From an uncultured Methanosarcinales archaeon (lineage in GTDB: Archaea; Halobacteriota; Methanosarcinia; Methanotrichales; Methanotrichaceae): a stretch of DNA of 64,000 nt. Positions 31,785-42,694 of the stretch are shown in pieces; positions within the stretch are counted from its first letter, which is position 1, and every line of letters starts with the position of its first letter. A model generated the notes under the pieces. It did no database searches and was not told the DNA's origin. It saw only the letters and a list, made by a program, of their open reading frames with translations. The DNA lies in contig CAWJKV010000005.1 of the NCBI GenBank assembly GCA_963843555.1, forward strand, positions 160,001 to 224,000. The letters run 5' to 3'. The position numbers were made by a program, and so were the translations under genes.

Positions 31785-32417
31785 AATCTTCTAAATATTT
31801 CAAATACATTTCATGGGGAGTTTTAAATCTTCTGCTAAAAAGACCGTTGGGATCGTTGTTACTCAGTCGCCTCCACTCCTGTCATGGTGATTACCCTGCT
31901 CGCTATGGTTTCATCGCGATTGAACTCCACCGTAATGCCTAATTTTCGAAGAGCGGATGCCAATCACCTAAGAATGCCGCTCAGTGCGTTCGAAGCTCGG
32001 TCCATCCTGCCGGCGGCAGTTCTGAGAAACGTTGCCAAGAATTCGTCGGTCTCATAGAATTATGAAGGACGATCATGAATAAATAATTAAAGCCCATTTT
32101 CATCTCACGGGTGCCTGATGGGCATGAAGGTTAAGTTATGATCTATATTTAATCTCTTCTGTTCTTTTTGCAGTAATATCCCAACTGAATTCGGCGCTAC
32201 TCTGTTGCATCCTCCGTGGGCCACTCCGCCATCTCTTTTGGATTGCCAAGCAAGCGGTTTATGCACTATGCCATGGATTTGCTTCTTGATATTTCCTTGA
32301 CTCAGATATTGCCGATTTTTGCATCAATTAACTGCGTTACTACAAATGCCTCGGCTCTTCTTGCTCCCTTCCGATAATTGAAGAAGCTGAGAACTATTAG
32401 GGAATAAATAATTGGTA

Positions 32418-35400
32418 CTACTCCATCTCCTCTCCTTGCCTCGCAAGTGCCTCCTTAGCATGGATTCTAACCAAAACATCCTCATCGTTCAGAGCGCTCT
32501 CAATGGCATCTTTTGCTCTGGGATCGTTGAAGTTCGTAAGGGCATCGATTATGTAGCATTGAACCTCATCCACCTCACCACTAAGGGCGGAGATCAGAGG
32601 TTCTAAAGCTCTCGGGTCTTTTATCCTTCCCAGAGCTCTGGCCGCCTCTCCCCGTACTTCAATGTCCGGGTCCTTCAACGCTTCGATCAGGGGCACTACT
32701 GCCTCTTCATCTCCGATCCTTCCCAAAGATTCGGCCGATGCGGTTCGAATCTCAGCACTTCCATCCTTCAAGGCCTCAAAAAGCGGCTTTGAGGCGGCGA
32801 CATCACCTATGCTCCCCAGAGCTACGATCGCCTCTCGTCGGACCGCCTCACTCTCGTCCTGTAAAGCCAGTGTCAAGGGGCCCATGGCCAGAACACCCAT
32901 TTTGCCAAGAGCCTCTGCTGATTTTCTTGCTACCCAGTGATTCTCATCCCGCAACGCTCCAACCAATGGTCCAATCGCTATGGGATCAGCTCTATTTCCT
33001 AAGACCTCTACCGCCTCTCCCCGGACTATTGGATCTTCGTGCTGCAAGAGATCGATGATCTTGATGCTTTTCAGGTCATCCATCTTCACTGGAGCCCCGT
33101 CCAGATCCATCCGAACGCCTTCTCCTTCAGGAGAGATGAAAAGGGCGGATCTCATGGACGGCATACCGATGCGTTCTATAGCTATCTTTGCCCTGTCTCT
33201 CACTCTGGGATTCTCGTCCTTTAGCAATGGGATGAGATGTTGAACCGCTCTTGCATCTTTAAAGCTTCCAAGGGCCTCCGCCGCCTTTGCCCTAACCCAT
33301 GGGTCCTCATCTTCCAAGGCCCCAATAAGAGGATCAATCGCCTTAGGGTCTCTAATTCTGGCCAATCCTTCGGCAGATTTTAGCCGTACCCAAGGATCCT
33401 CGTCTTTCAGGCCAGAGATGAGCGGCAGCAGCGCCCTCGGGTCACGAAGGCTTCCCAATGCCTCGCACACCTGACCTCTGACATCCGCTTCCCTGTCCAT
33501 GGATGCCTGTACTAAGGGCTCAAATGCTCTGATATCGGCAATAATCCGCAGGCCTTCTACTGCCTGTATTCGGACCCAAGGATTAGGATCATTTAGAAGC
33601 GCTATCAAAGGCTCAACTGCCCTATAATCTCTGATCCAGCCTAGAGAGATCGCCGCCTCTCCCCTGACCTCATCGTAATCGTCACGCAAAGCCTGGATCA
33701 ATGCCGGAACTGCTCTTTGATCTCCAATAACACCTAAAGCTCTTGCTCCTCCGATTCTGGTCGGGGCGTGCTTGTCGCTCAATGACTGAATCAGGGGCAT
33801 TACCGCTCTTGCATCTCTTATTCTTCCCAGGGCATCGGCAGCAGCAGCTCTTATCTCTGCATCCTCATTTGAAAGTGCAGCTATAAGGGGATCTACGGAA
33901 GGTGGGCCGATACGTATTAGCGCTTCTTTAGCCGCTTCTCGTACTTGTTCGCCTTCTTCCATGGCCAGCGTCAGTGGCCAGGCAGCTGGCGCACCGATGC
34001 GAATCAGGATCTCTAAGAGGCGGACTCTTCCCAGGGGATCATCTTTAAAAGACTGCATGACGGGACCAACAGATGGTGCTCCGATTCTCACCAGCACTTC
34101 TTCTTTTTGCGCTCGAACGGAATCATCCTCTTTAAGACTCTGTACGAGAGGGCCGACAGCCGGCGCCCCAATTCGCACCAGGATCTCCACAGCTTCCTGA
34201 TGTATGGATTCATTTTCATGAGATATTGCTTGAATTAGCGGTGCAACAGCAGGCAGGCCGATATGCACCAGCGTCTCCGTGGCAAGGGTTCTGGACTCAT
34301 CATCCTTTGCCAGGGTTCCAATCAGGTAATCTACTGCTAGCGCTCCCATGCCTGCCAGGGCTCCGGCGGCTTCAACCCGGACCATTCGTTCATCATCATT
34401 GGATGCTCGAATTAAGGGCCATAGTGCCCTTAAATCTCCAATCTCGCCCAGAGCTTTAGCCGAGCAGACTCTCACATCCCTCTTTTCATCGCTCAGTCCT
34501 CGGATCAACGGCTCTACAGCAGGCTCTCCTATGCGCACCAAAGCCGCAGCTGCCAAGGTCCTGAATCCTTCGTCTTTATCCTCATCCTTTAAGGCCTGAG
34601 CAAGAGGCTCTACTGCCAGCGCTCCGAGTCGCGCCAGGACCACTACAGACTCAGCCTGCAGATCTTTATCTCTGTAATTCAGAGCCTGGATCAAATGCTT
34701 CACTGCCGGCTCCCCTATGCGGACGATCAACTCTGCAGATAATTCCCGCATATCTTCATCCTCCTCTTTCATTGCCCAGATCAGGGGCTCTGCCGCCGGC
34801 TCTCCAATTCTCACCAGGATCTCTCCTGCCATCTCCCTTTGATCCCGGTCTTCATTCCTCATAGCTAAGACCAATGGTTTTGCGGCCTCTGCTCCCATTC
34901 GAACCAGCACTTCTCCGGCCTCAGTTTGTAGTGATAGATCCCCATCTTTTAGCGCTGAGATGAGAGGCTTCGCGGCTGCATCGCCCATTTTCACCAGGAC
35001 CTCTCTTGCCTCCTGCCTCCGCTGCCAATCTTCATCTCTAAGTGCTATTACCAGTGGATCAATGGCCGGATTTTTCAGCCTGAGCAATGCCTCTGCCGCC
35101 TTATTCCTAACCCATGGTTCTCCGTCACCCAAGGCTTTGATCAGGGGCTCAGTTGCCTTTGGATCTCCGACTTTCCCCAGGGCTTCTGCTGCATAGAATC
35201 TGACTTCGCCATCATCATCATTCAAAGCCTTGATCAGGCCTTCCACTGCCCTTGCATCTCCCAATCTTCCTAGAGCCTCAGCAGCTTTAATTCGAACCGC
35301 CGGATCTTCATCGTTTAAAGACTGAATGAGAGTATCAAGCGCATCGAGAACTCCCGTTTCCCCTAATGCCTCTGCAGCCGCTGCTCGTAAAATAGGGTCT

Positions 35401-35477
35401 GTTTGACTAAGAAGCGCATTTTTGAGCGCCGAAACATCATTTGCATTTTTAAACCTGGCTAGATCGTTGCTCTCCAT
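32418..35477 (-). CDS. Large HEAT/PBS-lyase repeat protein
   Basis: Many VR..AAEALG.IGD.RAVEPLI.AL.D repeats; probable start MESND. Confidence 0.93.
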   Translation of the reverse strand: MESNDLARFKNANDVSALKNALLSQTDPILRAAAAEALGETGVLDALDTLIQSLNDEDPAVRIKAAEALGRLGDARAVEGLIKALNDDDGEVRFYAAEALGKVGDPKATEPLIKALGDGEPWVRNKAAEALLRLKNPAIDPLVIALRDEDWQRRQEAREVLVKMGDAAAKPLISALKDGDLSLQTEAGEVLVRMGAEAAKPLVLAMRNEDRDQREMAGEILVRIGEPAAEPLIWAMKEEDEDMRELSAELIVRIGEPAVKHLIQALNYRDKDLQAESVVVLARLGALAVEPLAQALKDEDKDEGFRTLAAAALVRIGEPAVEPLIRGLSDEKRDVRVCSAKALGEIGDLRALWPLIRASNDDERMVRVEAAGALAGMGALAVDYLIGTLAKDDESRTLATETLVHIGLPAVAPLIQAISHENESIHQEAVEILVRIGAPAVGPLVQSLKEDDSVRAQKEEVLVRIGAPSVGPVMQSFKDDPLGRVRLLEILIRIGAPAAWPLTLAMEEGEQVREAAKEALIRIGPPSVDPLIAALSNEDAEIRAAAADALGRIRDARAVMPLIQSLSDKHAPTRIGGARALGVIGDQRAVPALIQALRDDYDEVRGEAAISLGWIRDYRAVEPLIALLNDPNPWVRIQAVEGLRIIADIRAFEPLVQASMDREADVRGQVCEALGSLRDPRALLPLISGLKDEDPWVRLKSAEGLARIRDPKAIDPLIGALEDEDPWVRAKAAEALGSFKDARAVQHLIPLLKDENPRVRDRAKIAIERIGMPSMRSALFISPEGEGVRMDLDGAPVKMDDLKSIKIIDLLQHEDPIVRGEAVEVLGNRADPIAIGPLVGALRDENHWVARKSAEALGKMGVLAMGPLTLALQDESEAVRREAIVALGSIGDVAASKPLFEALKDGSAEIRTASAESLGRIGDEEAVVPLIEALKDPDIEVRGEAARALGRIKDPRALEPLISALSGEVDEVQCYIIDALTNFNDPRAKDAIESALNDEDVLVRIHAKEALARQGEEME

Positions 35478-36032
35478 CTTTTCACCTTTATGATCCAAGA
35501 CTACGACATGGGGATGTTTTCCACTAAGCAGTATTCTTATTTAATTTGTTTGTATTAATAGATATTTGAGAAGCCATCAGGTGGCGTGCCATAGTTGCTG
35601 TAAAAGGCCTCATGAAACTTCAATTCCTGCCCCGAAACCATGAAGACACTTGGACCACTTAAGCAGTCTTGATATGGGTGGTGAAGGCTGTTTTGCGAAT
35701 TTGGGACCTGCGAAACCGTTGCAAAAGTAGCCATTCATTTTAGCCCTCATCGCGTTAAGAAGCGCGATCGATTCAGTTATGGTCCTCGATCAGCTCATCT
35801 AAGGGGATATTCTATCTGCACACATTCGACCCTCAAGAGTCCAGGTACACCTCTGCTTTTCTAAGCGTTGCGACATCCGAATGCAGATATGCTGTGCCCT
35901 GTCGCAAACAGGAGATCAGAGGTAATATGATATTTGGCATAGGGGCGTGGGTTCACGCGATCGAGCCTGGGAATGTCGATCTTTCCCATCCCGTGCTCCA
36001 TCCCGATGCCCTCTGAACCCTGGCCAAGCGCT

Positions 36033-38249
36033 TCAAAAGATCACTTCAATGGTTCTGCCTTTGAGGACATCTTCCTCACTCACATTGAGGTTCTGCATCT
36101 TCACGCCGTTTTCGTTTCCCGAGAATACGAGATAAGGATCAACGGCATGGGTTCCATACCGGGCCTCTGTGGAATAAGGAACCCTTATCTCAAATGCATT
36201 TCCCGTGAATGTGGCCTCATTGACATAATTGAAGGTCCTTCCCTGGTTGGAGGTCATATTCAGCAAGGCCCCAACCTTCTGGTCTGTCCCCGTCTGGACC
36301 CTTATCACCGCCCCCGGAACGTACTCAAAGATCTTAACCTCGCTTTTTGGGTTGTCTCCGCTTCCCATAAAGGTACTCGATTCATGAATCAGCCGGAAGT
36401 GCCCTGTCCCCGCGCCATCGAAGAAATAGAGCCTTCCCAGAGTCGTATTGAAGAGCCTTGGCTGAGGTATGGCGGCAATCTGAGAACCATCCTCCTCCAT
36501 TTCCATGTAGCTATCGAGATCTTCATTTGCCCAGGCGGTAAGAGCTGGAAGCTTGCCGAAGACCATATCGAAGTCGGCCAGTATGAACCTTGATCCCCTG
36601 GCATCCAGCACGGCGGTCGCGTTCTCTTCGCTCTCCGATAGATAGAATCTGGCAGCGTCCACCGCACCCGCCTGGAAGTTGTTCGCTACCACCGGCCTTT
36701 CAGCCAGATAGACGATCCAGTTTCCATAATCCCACCAGCTCATGACGCTATACTCCGGAATGCTCTCAGGAAGATCATAGTAGCTGGTGGTGTTGCTATT
36801 CTCCTTCAGCCAGATCAGAGACTCCTGCCAGTCGCCCTCCACCGCAGGGGGAGTCCCCCCTGCAGTGTATACAACATACACCGCACCCGCTAGCATGGGT
36901 GTGATCAAAAGCAGCAAGAGGATTGCAGTCCATCCCCTTGGAGCTTTCTCTGGACGCGCTGCCAACCTCTTTTCAACCAAATCCACGACCAAGAAGAAAA
37001 GTATGCTTATGAGCACCCCCATTGCAATTATTGAGATGTAAAGGAATCTGGTCTGCCCAAAGGTGAGAAGGAGGGTGAAGACCGCCCAGACCAGAAGAAG
37101 TAGCCGGCCCTGCCTCTTTCCCCCATCACTTTGTTGTATGTAGATAATGAGGGCTGCAATTCCTGCCAGGGATAAGAGAAGATTCAATCCCAGCCAGGAG
37201 AAGAGAACCTGGAAAAACGTTTCTGCATTGTACACGAGAGGCTCCGCTTCGCCTATCTTTCCGACCATCCCGCCGCCCCAAATGTAGTCCATTCCGTATT
37301 GGAGCAAGGCACCCAGCCCAAAAAATCCGCTCATGAACCGGACGGATAAAACGAAGACCATGACCAGGGCCAGAATGCTGAGCGGAAACTTCGCCCAGGA
37401 TATCTTCCTCATCTCCATGAAGCGAGCGAGAGCAAACATGATAGACAGGGCGACTATAATGGCCGCTATTCCCAGGAAGGATGGCGAGAGCCAGGGAGTA
37501 TTCCAGAATGGCAGAACAAGAATAAAAGCCACAGCAAAGGCGATCAAGAGTGTTGTTGCAGTATCTGTAGATGGTCTCTCGTCTCTTAAGTCCAGGGTCA
37601 TCCTGACAGCAGCATAAATCAGGAAAATCCCCAGGTAAATGTCCGCACCCTGCCAGGTATATGCCAGAGCTGCCATGGCAACTCCTGCAGCGCATGCAAA
37701 CAGGTATCTCTTCTCACTTCTGGTAGTGGCCATGATTATGAGCAAGAGGGTGACGAGCTGAAGCAGAACCTCCAGGCTATGGTGATCTGTTCCTGCAAAC
37801 ATCGACTTTAAGATAAAGTAGGGCGCCAATGCGGTCATGAGACTCGCCAATAGAGCGACTCTGTGATCGAAGAGTTCCTTTACTATGCAATAGACCACTA
37901 TTATCGCCAGGATTCCGTTGAGAACGGGAACAAAGGACGCCACCATCTCCACGCCCGCCTTTGTGTGCTGGCCTAAAATCACACTCAAGGTTGCCGAGAT
38001 CTGATCAAAAAGAGGAGGCCAGGTTATAACCAAGCCGTGCGGATAGTTCAGGTATGAATCGAACCAGAGGGTGTTGGGAAAGTGGTTTACGGTATAGAAG
38101 ATCCTGCGCATATGGTAAAACTCATCGTAGCCCGGCAAGAGGATCCCATTTTCAGTGAGAGAACTCCTTCCCGCAAACAACCTCAGCAAAAAGCCGAAGA
38201 GAACAATCGCCAGAAGCTCTGCCGGTTCGCTCCTTTTCCCTCGATCCAT
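36033..38249 (-). CDS. aglB: Oligosaccharyltransferase STT3/AglB
   Basis: GYDEFYHMRR, DHHSLE, WWDYG..VANNFQ; many TM helices. Confidence 0.95.
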   Translation of the reverse strand: MDRGKRSEPAELLAIVLFGFLLRLFAGRSSLTENGILLPGYDEFYHMRRIFYTVNHFPNTLWFDSYLNYPHGLVITWPPLFDQISATLSVILGQHTKAGVEMVASFVPVLNGILAIIVVYCIVKELFDHRVALLASLMTALAPYFILKSMFAGTDHHSLEVLLQLVTLLLIIMATTRSEKRYLFACAAGVAMAALAYTWQGADIYLGIFLIYAAVRMTLDLRDERPSTDTATTLLIAFAVAFILVLPFWNTPWLSPSFLGIAAIIVALSIMFALARFMEMRKISWAKFPLSILALVMVFVLSVRFMSGFFGLGALLQYGMDYIWGGGMVGKIGEAEPLVYNAETFFQVLFSWLGLNLLLSLAGIAALIIYIQQSDGGKRQGRLLLLVWAVFTLLLTFGQTRFLYISIIAMGVLISILFFLVVDLVEKRLAARPEKAPRGWTAILLLLLITPMLAGAVYVVYTAGGTPPAVEGDWQESLIWLKENSNTTSYYDLPESIPEYSVMSWWDYGNWIVYLAERPVVANNFQAGAVDAARFYLSESEENATAVLDARGSRFILADFDMVFGKLPALTAWANEDLDSYMEMEEDGSQIAAIPQPRLFNTTLGRLYFFDGAGTGHFRLIHESSTFMGSGDNPKSEVKIFEYVPGAVIRVQTGTDQKVGALLNMTSNQGRTFNYVNEATFTGNAFEIRVPYSTEARYGTHAVDPYLVFSGNENGVKMQNLNVSEEDVLKGRTIEVIF

Positions 38250-38329
38250 GCTCTCGGTAAAGAGACGCAATATATAAAAGTTTATTGCAGCAGCGCATCC
38301 TTATCCCTGAAAGTTATGTGTTTCCAAAT

Positions 38330-38836
38330 TTAATTTGCAAAGTCATCCTCCCGCCAGGCCAGATTGCTTTGCCGGCTATCGTCAATATCCTGGCTGTCAA
38401 AGACCACCAGCCTGAAGAGGACTTCCTCGTTCTCACTGAAATCGGCACTGATTTCGTAGCTATCCTCCATCACTTCAAATATCTCTTCGTCAATATCCAG
38501 ACCATGTTCAAGCTCAAAACCCTCTATCTCACCCAGGGAAATGCCATGATCTGCCGCCATCTTTGCCTTTATGAGTTCAAGGACATTCTGGTCCTCTGCG
38601 GCTGCTATATAGATTCTGAAGCCGCCAATCTCGTCGTCGATGAAGTCTATCTGGAGCCGCAAATGCCAGGGATCCTCGGCTATCATCAAATCTCTTTTAT
38701 TTTTCAGATCATCAATAAGTGCCCGAGAGATCTCGAGCTCTTCCGCCGCCCGGTGCATATCCGCGAAGAGAGTAGAATGTGCAAAAGCGACATCATCGAT
38801 CATCTCCTTCCAGAGATCATAGGTAAGGCTGTACAC
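38330..38836 (-). CDS. Highly acidic hypothetical protein
   Basis: 168 aa, about 44 D/E vs 13 K/R by hand count. Confidence 0.75.
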   Translation of the reverse strand: MYSLTYDLWKEMIDDVAFAHSTLFADMHRAAEELEISRALIDDLKNKRDLMIAEDPWHLRLQIDFIDDEIGGFRIYIAAAEDQNVLELIKAKMAADHGISLGEIEGFELEHGLDIDEEIFEVMEDSYEISADFSENEEVLFRLVVFDSQDIDDSRQSNLAWREDDFAN

Positions 38837-38924
38837 AGGTAAGAGCTCCCAAGGATATTGGATTGGATACAGATTTGATAGGAATGTATGGCTATAGGCT
38901 ATTCAACTTTTTCCCAAAATCACT

Positions 38925-39476
38925 CTAAAAACGATAGGTCCTCATTGAAATCTTTGCCACCCTGAGATCGGAGACGAACTCTTCCATGAGATTGTTATTC
39001 CTTAAGACCGCTGCAGGATGGTAAGTGACCAGAAAGCGGCCCTGTTGGATCTGGCCACGCAAAGTTGTGACGCCCTGTATACCCAGGACCGCCTGAGTCG
39101 CAGTGTTTCCCATCAGACAGACAATTCTCGGATGGACCAGATCTATCTGTGCCTGCAAGTACGGGCGGCATAGATCAACCTCTCCCTTCTTTGGCTTTCT
39201 GTTTTCCGGGGGGCGGCATTTAATGACGCTGGTTATGAAAACCTCAGATCTCTCCAGACCTGCCTGTGCCAGAGCTCTGTCCAGCAACCTCCCTGCCCGG
39301 CCTACGAATGGCAATCCTTTGAGGTCCTCCTCCCTGCCGGGGGCTTCGCCCACCAGCATGATCTGTGCCGGAGAAGGGCCGCTGCCAGGGACGGCGCATT
39401 TTCGGCCCGCCGAGAGAGGACAGAGCTTACACGTGCAGATTTTCTGGTGAAGAGTGGGGATGTCTATGAATTTCAT
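38925..39476 (-). CDS. udg: Family-4 uracil-DNA glycosylase
   Basis: CKLC, GEAPGREED..PFVGRAG, KCRPPENR, TYHPAA. Confidence 0.94.
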   Translation of the reverse strand: MKFIDIPTLHQKICTCKLCPLSAGRKCAVPGSGPSPAQIMLVGEAPGREEDLKGLPFVGRAGRLLDRALAQAGLERSEVFITSVIKCRPPENRKPKKGEVDLCRPYLQAQIDLVHPRIVCLMGNTATQAVLGIQGVTTLRGQIQQGRFLVTYHPAAVLRNNNLMEEFVSDLRVAKISMRTYRF

Positions 39477-39609
39477 CAGGATAGGGTCTCTATTTCGTAA
39501 TTGATAATCTTTTCCAAAACCAAAGTTGAGAAATTCCCCGATCTATTTCTCGCCGGAGAACGAAAGGTTCTTATTTGCTCAGACCTGTAGCCAAAGGAGG
39601 AGGGTACCG

Positions 39610-39846
39610 ATGCAGTTTGCAGAGTGGACATATCCCCTGAGGAAGTTCGACGACATATATTATACCATTGAAAGGATCGTTTATGGCCAGGGCGAGCTGA
39701 AGGGCTTTACCACGGAAGATATTTACAACAACCTGCGAGATAAACGATTTTTCCGGGATGTTCAGGATCTGAATATATATCTATTGGAAAACGGAAAGAA
39801 ATTTAAGATCAGGAAGATAGACGAGGCATGGGAGCGCTACTACTAG
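39610..39846 (+). CDS. Hypothetical protein
   Basis: MQFAEWTYPLRKFDD... after AGGAGG RBS. Confidence 0.65.
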   Translation: MQFAEWTYPLRKFDDIYYTIERIVYGQGELKGFTTEDIYNNLRDKRFFRDVQDLNIYLLENGKKFKIRKIDEAWERYY

Positions 39847-39850
39847 CGCC

Positions 39851-41115
39851 TCATCGCGCTTTTTCTGTGAAATAGATATTTCTTTCATCTATTCCGAGTT
39901 CCACGAATCTGCCCGTGGCCAAGATGCTGTGGCTGTGCTTGAGCGAGGCCACTCTTACACCTGCAGACACCACCGATTCGGCCGGCAATGTGACATTCTC
40001 GCCAATAATAGCGACGCTTCTGCCTCCAGCTCCATTTGGCCCTAAAACGCTGAGCTCCTCGATGGTTGAGTGGCGACCGACGATGGCACGGTTGATACTG
40101 ACGGTATGCTGGATGTGGGAGAAGCTCATGATCATGCTCTCCCTGATCTCAACATTGCGATCGATGAGGCTGGTGTGGCCGATGTGGGAGTCCTCGATTA
40201 CCGCTCCTCTTTCGATCTGGCAGTTCCGGCCTATGGAGACATTCCCCTTCAGCACAATATCGCCCGATGCAAGCTTCGGCCCAATCTTGGCCAGTGTACT
40301 GGGATGAACCCACTGATTAGGCATGTAGCAGTACTTGCGGTCGAAGTGTCTGACCCGGCCCGAGAGACAGTCCATGCTGGCCTGATGCAGCCTTTCCGGC
40401 GTGCCTATGTCGATCCAGTAGCCGGATATGGGAAAACCATAGACAGGATAGCCGTTCTCAGTCAGATAGGGGATCAGGTCGCCGCCTATATCCCGTGCTT
40501 TATCGCCCATCTTTGCCAGGACCTCGCGGATCTGGGGGAGAAGAGATAGAAGGCCGTGTTTATCATGCGACTCGGTTCGCTTCCCGATTTTGGCTTTTCC
40601 ACGAAGCCCTGGATTCGCATATCCTCGTCCACGCGAGCGACGCCGTACGAAGAGATGTTCTCATCCGGCCCCAGTTCCTTCAGGGCCACAGTAAGCAAAG
40701 GCTTATGCTTGTGATGGAACTCAACGATGCTCTGCAGATCGATGTCGATGAGATTATCGCCTGAGACTACAAGCAGGTCATTGTCTATGTCGAAATAGTT
40801 CATGCAATAGCGCAGCGAATCGGCGCTGCCTTTATCGTCATAGAGCGGCTGGTAGCTGAAATCCTGGTGGTCGGTGATTCCCAGGCGCTTGAAGAAGCCC
40901 TCTCCCGCTTTAAAGTAGTTGCTCAGATTGAGGGTGTTGTTGGCACCCTTGCTGCCCAGGATGAACCTGCGACAGCCCTGACTGGCCAGGACCCGGAACA
41001 GATTGGCAATGATGGCAGTGTCGCATAATTCTACCAAAGGCTTGGGTTGGTCCAGCGTTAAAGGATAGAGTCGCGTTCCTGAGCCGCCAACGGTTGCGAG
41101 GACCTGAGGAAACAT
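39851..41115 (-). pseudogene. NDP-sugar synthase/nucleotidyltransferase with LbH tail, split by one frameshift
   Basis: GGSGTRLYPLT..KP, SGDN, FVEKP, YWIDIGTP. One extra base in the G5 run (~40534-40538) joins both ORFs as LFSPQIREVLAKMGD. Confidence 0.85.
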
Positions 41116-41176
41116 GGCTAACTATTATGTATACATAAATATTAAGACTATCCCTCGATTGAGCCTTTCGCTTCAC

Positions 41177-41269
41177 TCAGTAGCCGCGCATGATCCTCAT
41201 GATGATGCGGGCGACCATGAAAGCGAGCACGAACAGAATAGCGTAGAAGGCAATGGTTGTTATGTCCAT
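41177..41269 (-). CDS. Small putative membrane protein (30 aa)
   Basis: MDITTIAFYAILFVLAFMVARIIMRIMRGY; TATA-like element ~25 nt upstream. Confidence 0.5.
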   Translation of the reverse strand: MDITTIAFYAILFVLAFMVARIIMRIMRGY

Positions 41270-41451
41270 GCCACATAGTCAAGCATTTCTGGTTTATAGC
41301 TTTGATTGAAGTCCGAAGGAGAAGAGGAGAGATGGTGACGGTTTGAGCAAGCCATAGATAAAAAAATTCAGGTCACCTCCGTGGAGATAGCTTATCTGCA
41401 AAAGATTGATCACTCAGAAGTGCTCCTACCCAAATGCATCAGGTGCGTGCC

Positions 41452-42651
41452 ATGAATCAGACTGAAGCCATCGAGAAGGCGAAGATGCACTTCGCCAAGC
41501 TGCTGGAGGAGCAGCTCAAGCGCGTTGACCAGATGAAGGCGGGAGAAGATTGGACAGATTACGGCATGATTATGCCCATAATCGTAGGAGTTGTGGGTGG
41601 GGACGGCATCGGCCCCTATATCACCAAAGAAGCTGTGCGGGTGCTGGAGTATGTCCTTGGCAAAGAGATTAAAGACGGGAGGGTTAAGCTGCGGGACATT
41701 CCCGGTCTGACCATCGAGGAGCGGGTCAAAGTCATGAAAGCCCTGCCAGAAGCGACGTTGGCGGCCTTAAAGGAATGCCACGTGATCTTGAAAGGTCCCC
41801 TCACCACGCCCAAGAAAGGCGACAAATGGCCCAACCTGGAGAGCGCCAATGTCTCCATGCGCCGCGAACTGGACCTCTTCGCCAACGTCCGGCCGGTGAA
41901 GGTGCCGGAGAAGGGCATCGACTGGATCTTCTACAGGGAGAACACCGAGGGCGAGTACGTCCTGGGAAGTTCGGGCCTCAATGTCACCGACGATCTGGCG
42001 GTCGACTTCAAAGTCATCACCACCCAGGGCGCAGAGCGCATCGTGCGCCTGGCCTTTGAGTACGCCAGGAAGAACGGCATAAAGCGCGTCTCGGCCGTCA
42101 CCAAGGCCAATGTCATCAAGACCACCGACGGCAAGTTCCTGGAGACGGCGAAAAGCGTGGCCAAGGATTACCCCGAGATTCAGTTCGACGACTGGTTCGT
42201 GGACATCATGGCCGCCAAACTGGTCGATGAGAAGCGCAGAAAAGAGTTCAAGGTCATAGTCCTTCCCAACCTCTACGGTGACATTCTGACCGATGAGGCG
42301 GCGGAGTTCCAGGGCGGAGTGGGCACAGCCGGGAGCGCCAACATCGGCAAGCGGTATGCCATGTTCGAGGCCATCCACGGCTCCGCTCCGCGCATGGTAG
42401 AGGAGGGCAGAGCCGCTTACGCTGATCCGGCCAGCATGATGCGAGCCTCTGTGATGATGCTCCGGCACATCGGCTTCGTGGATCAGGCGAGCAAGATGGA
42501 GATGGCCCTGGATATTTGCGGCCAGCTGGAAAAGAAGGTCATCCTCACCGGCCGATCGGACGGCGCCACAGGTGCCCAGTTTGCCGACTATGTGATGGAG
42601 ACCATCCGGGACCCCGATCTGGAGAACCGCTGGAAGAGCTACCAGAAATAG
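41452..42651 (+). CDS. Isocitrate/isopropylmalate dehydrogenase family protein
   Basis: GDGIGP, KGPLTTP, ESANVSMRRELDLFANVRP, RENTEGEY, NLYGDILTD, FEAIHGSAP; start 41434 or 41452. Confidence 0.93.
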   Translation: MNQTEAIEKAKMHFAKLLEEQLKRVDQMKAGEDWTDYGMIMPIIVGVVGGDGIGPYITKEAVRVLEYVLGKEIKDGRVKLRDIPGLTIEERVKVMKALPEATLAALKECHVILKGPLTTPKKGDKWPNLESANVSMRRELDLFANVRPVKVPEKGIDWIFYRENTEGEYVLGSSGLNVTDDLAVDFKVITTQGAERIVRLAFEYARKNGIKRVSAVTKANVIKTTDGKFLETAKSVAKDYPEIQFDDWFVDIMAAKLVDEKRRKEFKVIVLPNLYGDILTDEAAEFQGGVGTAGSANIGKRYAMFEAIHGSAPRMVEEGRAAYADPASMMRASVMMLRHIGFVDQASKMEMALDICGQLEKKVILTGRSDGATGAQFADYVMETIRDPDLENRWKSYQK

Positions 42652-42694
42652 ATGTAGAGGTAAAGCTTTAGACGAATAAGGCCTATTAGCTTCT

